A stretch of DNA of 64,000 bases from the NCBI RefSeq assembly GCF_009834535.1, contig NC_045697.1, forward strand, positions 39,434,001 to 39,498,000. The letters are read 5' to 3'. A model generated the notes under the pieces. The model saw nothing but the letters and a program-made list of their open reading frames with translations, was not told where the DNA came from and did not search any database. The DNA comes from Camelus ferus. Lineage: Eukaryota. The stretch's first letter is position 1, and every line of letters begins with the position of its first letter. The position numbers were made by a program, and so were the translations under genes. Of this stretch, positions 52,827-64,000 are shown piece by piece.

Positions 52827-53790
52827 CTCATTCATTCACCCAACATTTGTTGAATGCCTGCTCTGAGATATGAACTGTTTTATGGCTGAGGAGAGGGTGA
52901 TAGAATAGCAAGGGACTGGATGACTGCTTTGGATTGGAAAGTCAGAGATGGCCATTCTGTAGAGGTGACATTTACATGGAGATCTAAAGTAGGAGAAGTC
53001 AGCCCAGTGAAGAAAAGAAGCGTGAGCAGTTAGAAAGTACTTCAAAGCCTAAACTCCAGTACCAGACTGGCTGGATTCAGGTCTAAGCTCTGCCGTTTAC
53101 TAACTGTAGGCCCTCATACAGTTTCCTTAACTTTTCTGAGTCTCGGTTTCCCCATCTGTAAAATGGGCTTAATTATTAGTATTTACCTTATAGGAATAGG
53201 AGGCTTCATCTGCTTAGAATGCAAATTTTGTCTTATCACTTCTTTTAGTCAAAGCCTGATACTGCCTAAGAAAAAATACAACTCTGGTGGGTAAGGCTTT
53301 TCTCCATCAGGCTTGGCTTCTACCAGTATGTGTCCCTCTGTTCCTGACTTGAAACCTCAGCTCAGTGTAAACTGTCCTGTTATGTTCCTACTTATATATA
53401 TTGTTTACACCTTCCTTTAAATCAGGGGCCCCCTTATTTTCCCATCCCAACCTTCTACCTGAACCTTCCCATGAGTTTACCAGGGTAGCCAAGTTGTTCC
53501 CCAGCTTCATCCAGGAAGTGTCTCCTGGCCATGCCTACCCACGAGCTCTCCATCCTGTGTCAGAAAGCAATCTGAAGCCTGGAATTAAGCCTGGGGTGGA
53601 GACCCATCTTTAACTTAAAAACCATGCCATCTGGGTAAGTCATATAACTTTTCTAACCTGCAGTTTCCTGTACTCAACATAGAAATGTTGAAAATTATCA
53701 CACAGACTTGTCATTAGGATAAAATCTAATGAGCTAATGTGGAAATGATGGGTCTTTAAATGTTACTGCTGTCACTAATAACTGAGAACA
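52827..53790. mobile_element. Cluster of L2 and MIR fragments
   Basis: tcattcattcacccaacatttgttgaatgcct (L2 tail); ctgagtctcggtttccccatctgtaaaatggg (MIR core); second MIR ~53620-53790. Confidence 0.7.
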
Positions 53791-55199
53791 TTCAATTATG
53801 TGACATCCTTGGAACATCTTTTATATTGATGACATTATTATTTAACTTCCTCACAAATATTTCATGTCCTCTTAGTTACAATGTATGCTTCTTTGATGGA
53901 GGAGGCTTGGTTGTACTTCTTTATGTATCCCTAAAGCTTCTAACAGTGTTACAGGAATTTCTGTTGAATAGTGATCAGAAGATGCAGAGGTGAAATAAAT
54001 GCCACTTGATTCTTTGAAAATATTAAGGCAGTTATTTAGCTCCGATATCTTGGAACTTAAATGCCCTTTGTGCTGGGTAAGGTGAGAAGGGCAGGGACGT
54101 GAAGCAAGAAATATGAAAAAAAGGAAATTAGGAAAAGATGGGGACAGGATAAAAACCTCCAAAATACTTTTGCAAATTAAGTCAGTGATTCACCTGCTAT
54201 TAAGAAAGAACAGTGTATTTCCTTTCACACATGTAGAGCAGAAAAGATTGAGAACTGCCAAGTATTCTAAACTCACAACAAAATGTCTCATTGTGGGATA
54301 AGTAATTGCTGTGTCCTCACTTCATCACAGCTTGATTCCAGGTCAGGGCCAAGAGAAAATGTGAAAGCCTTTTCACTGCATCAATTTTACATTGCTACTG
54401 ATCCTAGTATTTTTATACTTATTATGTGGTTGCCTGCTCCCTACTTCCCGATTGTTTAGAGCAGAAGTGGTATGAAGTTGAAACGTTGGAAAGGTGTGTC
54501 CTGTATGTGTATTGTATCAGAGATAATAGAGATAGTTCTTATTATCTGCCCTTCTTGGCCATTGGACCCAGACAGCCTCCCACCTTGGATCAACAAACCT
54601 TTAGTCAAGAAGTACAGGCATAATGGCAGGTCCTTTGTGGAAAGGAATAAACAGGAAGAGTCAACATGCAGTGGACTTAATTGTGGTGTGCAAACACATC
54701 CACCACCACGGACTCTTGTCACTCAGCCAGCCCCTTCCATGTGGCACATAAACTGATAACAACCGAGTATCAACTGATTGACAGTCTCCAAAAGAGTGTT
54801 CCTCCCCACCCCACCATCACGCACCTCCTGCCCATGGTGGGAATAACTGATTGGTGACTGAGGTTTGGTTTGCTTTTCCTAAAATGACATTGGCACAATG
54901 CTTGTCTCACTGGTTTTTCTTTCCCACTTTGTAAGTCAGATGGAAATGTCTCGTTTCTGTAATGCACAGAGACAAGACATACCAAGTAGGCATTGTCTCA
55001 CAGGGGTCTTGCGCTATTATTGATCCCTGACAGTCTAGAATAATTAAAATGTTGAACATAGAATTTAGTAATAAAAGCTCTAATAAAGGAATTTGGTACA
55101 TCCTGTCTAAGCTGGAGATGGTTGTATATGAAATACTGGTGGTGCTGGAGAAAGTGACCATAAGAAATCACTAAAGAGTAGATTTTGGAAGAGAATGAG

Positions 55200-55605
55200 A
55201 TTATTCAGTGAGTTTTATTGGGCACATCCTCTGTCATGGGTACCGTACTGTGCATCAGATACACAGTGGATGAACCAGAGAGACATGCTGCCTACCCACA
55301 GGGAGCTTATGTTTTTGTGGAAGGAGACAAACAAAAACACTATACAAATAACAATAATTACAGTAACAATCACAGGTAACACAGTGTTTATTAGATGTTA
55401 GGCACTGTTCTAACCAAATTAAATGTATCCATTTAATCCTAACAACCCCATAAATTAGATAATGTTATCCCAAATTTACAAATGAAGAAATAGACACATT
55501 CAAGTTAAGTAACTTACACAGTATCCTGCAGCTAGTGATAAAAAGAGCCAAGATTTAAACCTGGATACAAGGCTCAGAGTCTGAATTCTCAACTTCTGTG
55601 CTATA
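55200..55605 (-). mobile_element. L2 tail followed by MIR
   Basis: ctgcctacccacagggagcttat; atttaatcctaacaacccc...tttacaaatgaagaaa...aagtaacttacac. Confidence 0.7.
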
Positions 55606-56424
55606 ATTACAAAACATAACAAGGGCCCTCAATTGAAAAACAAGGTGCTGAGTTAGAGAATACGAAAGAGAAATTCTGGATGATAATTTTCTAGTAGGTT
55701 AAAAGTTTGGATTCTATTTCTGTGACTGCATTATTTTGTTTTGCATATATTAGATGCAGGCAGGCCAGTGGTGCTTAATTCAATGTAACATTTCTGAGTA
55801 ACTTTATAAGCATTTTTTTTCTTTGTAGTCCATTGGAAGAAGCACTAATGTGATTCCTTTTAACATAGAATACCAGAAGTCAGGATAGACTACGAATAAC
55901 GAATATTGTAACAATATCAGGGATTCAACTTTAGTTGAACCTATGTCCTATAATTAATAATAAAGTTGATAATAAATTAGAAAAATGAAATAAATAGCTT
56001 TTTGTTGGGCATATTAAGATACAGCCCAGCATCTAAGCAGAAGGATTAATCATAGTCCCCCTAATGCTGTAATCCTTCGATTATAGCAGGGAAAAGGCCA
56101 GATGTGAGAGGAACAGGTGAAAAACTTCACTTTTGTTTTGTTTGGTGCCAATGCCTAACACAAAATGCCCAACTCATAGTAGGCCTTCAGTGTGTATTTG
56201 TTGAATGAATGAATATGAAGGATAAATTTGTTTCTAGTACTCAGGGTAAAGGAGGGAGGGGATGGAGCCCACATTTTAACGTTTAATTATTTCGAGAAAA
56301 GCAATTACCCAGAATTAACCTAAACTATACTAATACTCTAGGTCATTCAAATTTAATAAATAGGAGTACAGTATGGAAACCACATTATTTGTCCAAAAGT
56401 GTACAGAAATTTTAAAATTTAATT

Positions 56425-56968
56425 TCAAAAAAATTAAAAATAGAGCTGTCATATGATCCAGCAATCCTATTTCCTGGGTATTTATCTAACAGAACTGAAA
56501 GCAGAGTATCAGAGAAAGATTTGCACACCCATGTCTAGAGCATTATTCACAATAGCCAAGAGGGAAACAACACGTGTCTGTCCATGGTATGCGGTATATA
56601 TATAAAGGGAGTATGTATGGTTCAGCCTTATAAAGGAAGGGAATCCTGTCACAAGCTTCAACATGAACTTGGAGGACATCATGCTAAGAGAAATAGGCTA
56701 ATCACAGAAAGACAAGTGCTGTATGATTCTGCTATTATGAGGTGTCTATTTAAATTCATGGAAGCAACAGGTGGAATGGTGGCGGCCAGGGGCTGGGTGG
56801 GGAGGAGGAGGAGTGTTACTGTTTAATGTGAAGTTGCACAGGATGAGTGTTCTGGAGAACTGCTTCGCAAGGATGGAAATACACTTAACACACCCAAACC
56901 ATTTTTAAGTGTAGTGTTAAGATGGTAAATTTTATGTGATGTGGGTTTTTTACCACAATTTTTTAAAG
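56425..56968 (+). mobile_element. L1MB-like 3' end, sense to gene
   Basis: aaaaatagagctgtcatatgatccagcaatcc...gatggtaaattttatgtgatgtg...taccacaattttttaaa. Confidence 0.85.
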
Positions 56969-57551
56969 GTCTTTACATAGGTTAGTTTTGCCTGTATTCA
57001 GCTTCCTTTTGGGTGTTTTAGGTAGCCACAACATTTGAACATTTTTTTCTTCTTTCATAGTGTTCTAAGTGGATTGCTGTTTACTTTCCATTCTGCCCCG
57101 ATATCTGACCTTTGTAGTAGAGAAGGACATTCTGTTTGAGAGAGAAATCTACTGTCTGTTGTTGATAGAGGGATGTTCTAGGGTTAGAAGCACTGTGTGT
57201 GTGGGGTGTGTCTGGGGGTGGGGAGGGTGCACACAGAGCCAACTCAGAGTCTACTTTGGATCACCTTGTGATTCATGGATAATCCAAGATGTCTCTCCTT
57301 TTTATGATTCTCCCTTAGTGAAAGGCACTGTTTTTCCCACTGAAGGTGAACAGTGACCGATTGCTTATCCCATGGATGAACAGAAATGCTGCAGCTGCTC
57401 AGATGACAGCATTTATGATGTAAGGCCAGGTCTCATGCACCCCTAGTATTGTCAGCTTAATTACAAAAGGAAGGGAGATGTAGAAGATGCTGAGTTGTCC
57501 TATGTGCATGTTCTCCCTTCATGTTAGAGGAGGCAGTACGAAAACCAGTAA

Positions 57552-57680
57552 CAGTAACCTATAATGAAAAAGATCTATATTATATACATATAATATACAC
57601 ATAACTGAATCACTGTGCTGTACATCAGAAACTAACACAGCATTGTAAATCAACTATACTGCAAAAACATTTTTAAAATA
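57552..57680 (+). mobile_element. Short L1 3' UTR fragment, sense
   Basis: taactgaatcactgtgctgtacatcagaaactaacacagcattgtaaatcaactatact. Confidence 0.8.
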
Positions 57681-57809
57681 CTGATACCAGCATGCAAATA
57701 CATCTTTGGGATGTATATGTTACTTTTGTGATCTACGGTGCTTACCAGTTGGCGCTCTCTGTGAAAGAGATTCCAGGTGAATGGAGTTGTATTAAGTATG
57801 TGACCCAGT

Positions 57810-58125
57810 CTTGAAGTCGTATGTCAAATGCTACCTCCCCTAGGAGACCTTTCCTGATACTAATTCTTTTTAACCCCTAAACAAACAAACCACCGCCTAA
57901 AAACACATTGTTCTTAATTCTTGTGACTATCCTGCACTAGTTTGTACCTTTCTTATGGGAATGTTCCATTAATTATGATACTTACGTACTTTTCTTCCCT
58001 TCACCTCACTATATAAGCTCCTTTAGGGCAGGGGCTATCTTGCTGTTAATCTTGGTGTTGTCTGAAGTACTTCCCACCAACTAAAGAAAACAGTAAGTGC
58101 TTAGTAAATATTTGTTGGCTTGAAC
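57810..58125 (+). mobile_element. L2 3' fragment
   Basis: ctatataagctcctttagggcagggg...gtgcttagtaaatatttgttg. Confidence 0.65.
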
Positions 58126-58782
58126 TGAGCTGACTGTTTACACATTCATTCAATTAACTGTTCTGGTCATTCTCAGTCATAGGAAAGATATGCGAGCCCC
58201 GTCTATCACTGCATCCTGTTGCCTAACCTAGGTAGGGAGATTCCAGCTACTTTCATTCCTTGTTGACTGTTCAGGAAGTTTTTGTTTGTGTTGAATGGGA
58301 GTCAAACCTATTGAGTTTTTTGGCGAACGGGAAGTTGTTTACAGCCTCTCTTCTGCATCGGTTCTGTTGTTCAGTGGGACCTGCCTGAGGAGTGTACCGT
58401 ACAGCAAACAGTTTACACTGAACATTCCTTTATTAATTGGCTCGCCATCAGGCAACTCATCTACCGCTCGTACCTAGTAAGTAAATGTGGATGCCTGCAA
58501 GCTCATTAATGCCAGGACGGCGTGTTTCAAATGATACTGGTAGCCTGACATATTATTTATAAGTTTTAGCACCAACTAACGAGGCTGTCTGGTCCCTCGA
58601 ACATATAAACAAGGACCTATGAAATATAATTATGTTTTTATAAAAACTTTTGAAAAGAAACTCTGGTCGTCTTACTTTTCTATGGAAATTTGCTATCATC
58701 CTATGGAGGTAGAAAGAATACATTCACCTGTCAACATTACTTATTCAGTAGAGGCATATTTGTTTAAGATTAAACATATTGT

Positions 58783-58920
58783 GGAGGGTACAGCTCAGTG
58801 GTACAGTGTGTACTTAGCATGCACAAGGTCCTGGGTTCAATCCCCAGAAACTCCATTTAAAAATTAATAAATTAAATAAAAATTATGTCCCCTCCAAAAT
58901 AAATAAATAAAATTTTAAAA
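58783..58920 (+). mobile_element. tRNA-Ala-derived SINE (vic-1-like) with TSD
   Basis: ggagggtacagctcagtggt...cttagcat...gggttcaatcccc; TSD aagattaaacatattgt (58766-58782) / aagattaaatataatgt (58921-58937). Confidence 0.88.
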
Positions 58921-61435
58921 AAGATTAAATATAATGTACAGTGAAACTTTGGTATAAAATTAATTCTCAGGACTATCAGGGAACTGATTTTAATTTAGTT
59001 GACCTAGGAGTATACTGGTTAAATATCTTCCCAAAGAGTCACCTCCAGGAATGCCACGTGTTATTCCCAGGTAGAAGAGGCTTTCTTCATATAGTATGTC
59101 TTGGGTTTACCTTTTCATAGTAATTATTTATGTAAAGTATATAGTTTGATGATTCGTAATGCCTTTTTACTAATGAAAATTGTTTTTCTAGAGGTAACAC
59201 TGAGGTGAAATGATCTCACCCTGAAGAAGTTTTCAGATGAAACTGCTGGAGTGTTAGTAACCTCTCTCTGGGTGGCCAACCTGTTGCTGTGGAATAAGGG
59301 AACATCTTATTAAATGTGGTTTGTTTGGTCTGGGTGAGGTCATGATACTGTTATCAGACGGCTAAGCTTCACAGAAGCATATACTCTCATCACTTTTAAA
59401 TGTTTTTAAGTAACATTATTCCATTAAAATGATACTCCCTCCTTGTTAAGTAACTAAAATAATACCAAAAAGTGTAAAATGAAAAAGTAAAAGTTACCCA
59501 GTGACCCATTGCTCCTCACATTTTCCTGAACATCCTTTTAGAAATCTCTACTCAGAAATTTAAATGCATTTTACATGAAAGACTCTTCATACTTGCTATC
59601 CTATTACCAGGTTTATCATCTAAATAACATGCCATGAACATTTTTCTGTGTCAGCAAACATTAGTTTATGCCAGTTGTAAGGGTTTTTATAGTATTCCTC
59701 TATGCTTTATAATTTGCTTTATTCTCTCTTGATGAATATTTAGATGGTTGTCAGTTTTAGAATAGTGTCCCCTCACTATTTCAGTGGCCAGAAAGGTCGG
59801 TTACTCCAAGTGAATGGTGCACATCCCATAAATATTTCACTGACTTCTAGTTAGGTCATAATATTAAAATCTACATAGTTTTTAAATGACTGTTTCATGA
59901 TTGACACATATATAGACATATATATATAAATGTACATACACACACGCCTATATACACTGAAACAGTAACAATTCCTTGTTGATACAACCTAGTAACCCCT
60001 TGTTCCCACCACTCTGGAGCCTCCCTGCAGCAGCTGACTCCTTACTCAGATTGTGTTTAAACTCCCTTATCTTGGAAACTGATTCCCTGTTTCTCCCACC
60101 TCTTTTCTTTTCGTTCTGGAAAATTGTGCAAATGCTGAATTCTTCCTCTGACTCATCCATTTTCACAGAACAAGAATTGGTTTGTTCTCCTTTAGAAAAC
60201 CCTTTGTCATACAAATGCTTGTTCAGAATCTTAGTATCTCTCATCGCTTCCTCCCCTCTGCTGACTCTTACTAGCCACCTCCTTTGCCTGCCTCTCTGAC
60301 TTCTGTCTCCCTCCTCTATCCTCCCCTTTCTTTAACATCCTCTTCCCACCCTGCCCGCTACTTTCCATGATTTGATAAAACATCTACTATGTGTAAGAGA
60401 AAAAGATTCCGTAAATTCTTCAGTAGAATTAAGCAGCATCAAAATAAAAAGCTATTTTTATAGCCCTTCAAATGGACCGAATCCATTTGAATTAGTCCTT
60501 CAAGGACCCATATTTGAGATACATTCAATACTTGATTTATCATATAGTCACTTATTCATATGTCCTACACTGCCCACCCCATACACTAAAAGTAAGTTCC
60601 ACAAAGGCAGTAACTTATTTTGATGTTTCCCCATTCTTGGCTGATGTAGGTACTACTCGTTAAATGAATGAGTGAATTTTAGGTAAAACATAACTTATTA
60701 CTCTGTCGTTTTTAAAATGGGTGTTTTGTTTTAAAGTTTTCATTCCAGATATAGTTTTCTTTTGGGGGGATTTTTTCCATTTCAAATGTATGGTGCTTCA
60801 AAACTTTTTGGGGTTATTTTGGTTGCTCAGGGCAAACTTGGAGTTAAATCATTTAATCATTGTGTTAATCAGAAAGTGTATTCTGAGTTCTAAACCTGAC
60901 TTAAAATGAACTTTGGAATCCAGCTGTAAGGGAGGGGGGCCTTCTTAAAGAAGTGTTAATAATTAGTACAGATGTAATTTTTCTGCTACTGAATGAGGCA
61001 GTTCATCAATTTCTGTAAGAAGTACAGTGTTGTTGAATTTTCCTCTCACTAGCATTTGTGTTTTTTTAATTAGTAACCATTCCTTGTGCTACAACTTCCA
61101 CAAAACTTTTGCTTTGCAAATATAAATTGTTAATGTGTGTGTTCAGCAATAATCCTGTAAATTTTTTCAGGAAACAGTTTGCAAGAGGCAATGCCTACAC
61201 ATAGAAAGAAACTCTGCATTTGGGTTGTAGTCTAAAAAGGGAATTGGGAAAGCCATGTTGAAAAAAATTTCAGAAAATCAACTGATAGTATTATAGAAAG
61301 GTCTGGCTAGGCAACTGATTAAAGAATAAGATGATATATCAAGATGAGTATTCTGGTTTTAAAGTTTAATATTCTAATAATCATGATAAAGAAGTTACTG
61401 TTAAAGAAAATAAAATTTAAAAGGGTATTGGGAGT

Positions 61436-61624
61436 GGGGAGGGTATAGCTTAAGTGGTAGAGTGCATGCTTAGTATACATGAGGTCCTGGGTTCAATCCC
61501 CAGTACCTCTAAAAATAAATAAACCTAATTACCTCCCCTCCCCCACCAAAATTAAATAATTAAATAATACAATAATAAATAAAATAAAAAAGATATTTAT
61601 TAAATAAGTAAATAAATAAAAATA
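61436..61624 (+). mobile_element. tRNA-Ala-derived SINE (vic-1-like) with TSD
   Basis: ggggagggtatagcttaagtggtagag...gggttcaatccccagtacctc, AATAA-rich tail; exact TSD aaaagggtattggg at 61419-61432 and 61625-61638. Confidence 0.92.
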
Positions 61625-61852
61625 AAAAGGGTATTGGGGACACCGCTATAGGTTTCTTCGTACCTGCTGTTTCCTTCCTTCCTTTCTCTTCTCTTCATGA
61701 GAGTGCTCAATGAGTCATTCTAATACTTCTGTTGTAGGGAAAAAAAATTCAGTTTATCGTTTTACTCTTTTGTGTATTTGCTTGTCATTTGAAGCAGATG
61801 ATATTGAGGGAGCAGACCCAAGGGATTGTTTCTGATTATTTGGGCAGGCTGG

Positions 61853-61902
61853 CTTATATCCGTTTGGTTTGCTCTGTCTTATATCCGTTTGGTTTTCTCT
61901 GT
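61853..61902. repeat. 25-bp tandem duplication
   Basis: cttatatccgtttggttt(g/t)ctctgt twice, one mismatch. Confidence 0.95.
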
Positions 61903-62455
61903 TGTTTCATAGTTGAACATAATCATCTTTTTTTTTTTTAATCTCTTCAGTTACACTTTTCAGAATTAGGATAAAAATTATTAAACTGTCTTTTTCACTG
62001 AAAAATCAAATAGGCCTTGGGATGTTGAAGATTGCATTGTTTATTTAAAAAAAATGTAAACAAGCGAACAAGAGAGAGGCAGGGAGGCAATAACTGACAG
62101 CTTATTTTCCTGCAGGATTTCCTACAGCATTTTCATTTATGTATTGCAGAGAGATGGGAGATTGCTCTTGTCTTAGTGTATTTCCATGCACGTGAATTGC
62201 CAATCACTTTGAATTTGAACTGGCTGCCCCTGGAACTCTGGGGAGTGAGATGTGTTTCTAAAACCCCAAAATCCTTTCTTTCTGAGTGTCCAGTGTATTT
62301 TGAGAAGACGTTTTCAGAGCTGTCCCAGGGCCTTCTTGCTGTGGGCCTGGCCGCTTCACCTGTACACAGTAGGGGTAAAAACGTGATGCTCAAGCAAGAA
62401 GGTACTCAGACTGCCAGGGCTGGGATTTGGTTTTAAACCTGCCTAGAGGAGTGAC

Positions 62456-62915
62456 TGCAGTGGGCAAAAGAACTGGCCCCCAAAGATGTCCATATGCTAA
62501 TCCTGGAACCTGTGAATATGTCACTTCATATGGGGAAAGAGACTTTGCAGAGGTGATTAAGAAAAAGACCTTAAAATGCGAAGACTTGCCTGGGTTGTCC
62601 GAGTGGGCCCAGTTCTGCCACAGAGGCCCTTAGAAGAGGGAGGTTGACGGTCAGAGAAGGAGATGTCCTGACGGAAGGCGAGGTCAAAGGAGTGCAAGAG
62701 CCATCAACTGAGGGATGCGGGTGGCCTCTGAAAGCTAGACAGGAGAGGAAACTGCTTCCACCCTGTAAGGAATGCAGCCCTGGCAACAACTTGATTTTAG
62801 CCCAGTGAGACCCATGTTGGACTTACGGCCTCCAGAACTGGAAGATAGTGAATTTGTGTTGTTTTAAACCACTAAGTTTGTGATAATTTGTTAGTAGCAA
62901 CAGGAAACTAATATA
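62456..62915 (+). mobile_element. MaLR solo LTR (MLT1C/D-like)
   Basis: ggcccccaaagatgtcca...cctggaacctgtgaatatg...ttttagcccagtgagaccc...gcaacaggaaactaata. Confidence 0.88.
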
Positions 62916-62962
62916 CTTACCTTAGGTAAGTTACTTAAACTTTAAACCTGTGTTTCTTCATC

Positions 62963-63180
62963 TTTTTTTTTAAACAGCTTTATTGAGGTATATTTTTATG
63001 TCACAAAATTCGATTTCAGTGTACAATTGAATGATTCTTAGTAACTTTGCTGAGTGGTATAGCTGCCACCAAATCAGTTTTGGAACATTTTCTTTTAACT
63101 CTTCCCGGTTACAGCTCCCATGCCCACTTTACAGTTAACCCAGTCTCCAGGCAGCCACTAACCTTTTTTCATTTTGCATA
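62963..63180 (-). mobile_element. L1MB-like 3' end inserted in a MIR
   Basis: tttttaaacagctttattgaggtata...ccaggcagccactaacc; MIR text on both sides. Confidence 0.7.
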
Positions 63181-64000
63181 GGTGTTCCTTTATGTCTAAA
63201 AGAGGTTCTCGCAATACCCTCCTTCTAGGATTGTTGTGAGGGTTAAATCAGTGAATTCAAAGTGTTTTGCGTAGTGTCCAACACATAGTAAGGGTTCAGT
63301 AAATGTTCTTTCTCTAGTACTACTATTACTTATTCTTTTTGTTACTTTATTCAGGTTCCTGAACAAGTTCACAAAAATATATTTTAACACACAGTTTTAA
63401 CACACAGTGCTACTGTTGTGTCACTCTTCTAGTCATATTTTTGTCGTGAGTAAAGTAAATCTTTACTTGATTGATTTTAATTGATTTAAATTGATCTTGG
63501 GGGAGTGGCATAAGAACCTAAACATCTTGCTTACATTTTTTTCCTTATGAGAGAATATGTTCTGTATTCTAGGTGACTGACTTAAAACACAAATTTTTAG
63601 GGCACAGTTGTTTACTACTTGGGTACTGCCTGTATTCTGATTGATTATATTTGCATTCTGAACTTACTTGGAAGTTGGGAGATCTTTTACCTGGTGCTCT
63701 GCTACCACCCAAACTGACAGGGAATAGAAAGGGTAAGCAGCATCCAATCATAAGAAAATCTTTGTGAAGGTTACTGATCTCTGAGGGGGTATTGAAAGAC
63801 GCACTTTGGAGTTTCTTTAATTTTGACTGGCAGTGATATCCTGATGTTAGAATCAAGAAAGTAAGAGCCAGAGAAGAAGAAAATGGTAGTGGTTGGAAGA
63901 ACAAATAACAACTATTATTCTTGGAGTTGTCATAGGACTTTGAACGTACTTCTGTTTTGCAACCCTGTCATCTTTTGCATAGTTGTTAAGCCTATTGACA

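Noticed and set aside
61436..61510. tRNA-like sequence as a tRNA gene (also 58783 and 34020-34097)
   Set aside because: Acceptor stem does not pair properly; A-rich tails and TSDs mark them as SINEs.
63590..63635. Possible Tigger-like terminal repeat (...tacttgggtactgcctgta)
   Set aside because: Could not find the partner end; too little to call.
38101..64000. FAM13A exon 5 (expected to continue H-VPPGLEG)
   Set aside because: No matching sequence seen by eye or in the ORF track; probably downstream of the window.
1..64000. CRISPR array, prokaryotic-type system, retrogene or viral insert
   Set aside because: No regularly spaced repeat-spacer array, no long non-L1 ORF, and no poly-A/TSD-flanked mRNA copy was seen.

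Overview
AT-rich mammalian genomic DNA, almost entirely intronic. Three GT-AG exons on the + strand (14673-14862, 21970-22179, 37923-38100; phases 0/1, 1/1, 1/2) join in frame into most of a RhoGAP domain that I recognise as FAM13A (coding exons 2-4). The first coding exon and exon 5 appear to lie outside the window. The rest is interspersed repeats: LINE-1 of several ages (mostly antisense to the gene, including a near-full-length decayed copy and nested insertions), L2, MIR, MaLR/ERVL LTRs, small DNA transposons, microsatellites and three tRNA-Ala-like SINEs of the camelid vic-1 type, which suggest a camel/llama/alpaca genome. Nearly all listed ORFs are L1 fragments or chance ORFs. I found no credible novel biological system. 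The most notable points are the extreme GC3/CpG enrichment confined to exon 3, one L1 target site apparently used twice, a twin-primed inverted L1 fragment, a strong CTCF motif and a motif-dense candidate enhancer. Repeat family names and boundaries come from recalled consensus features, not from a search, so they are approximate.
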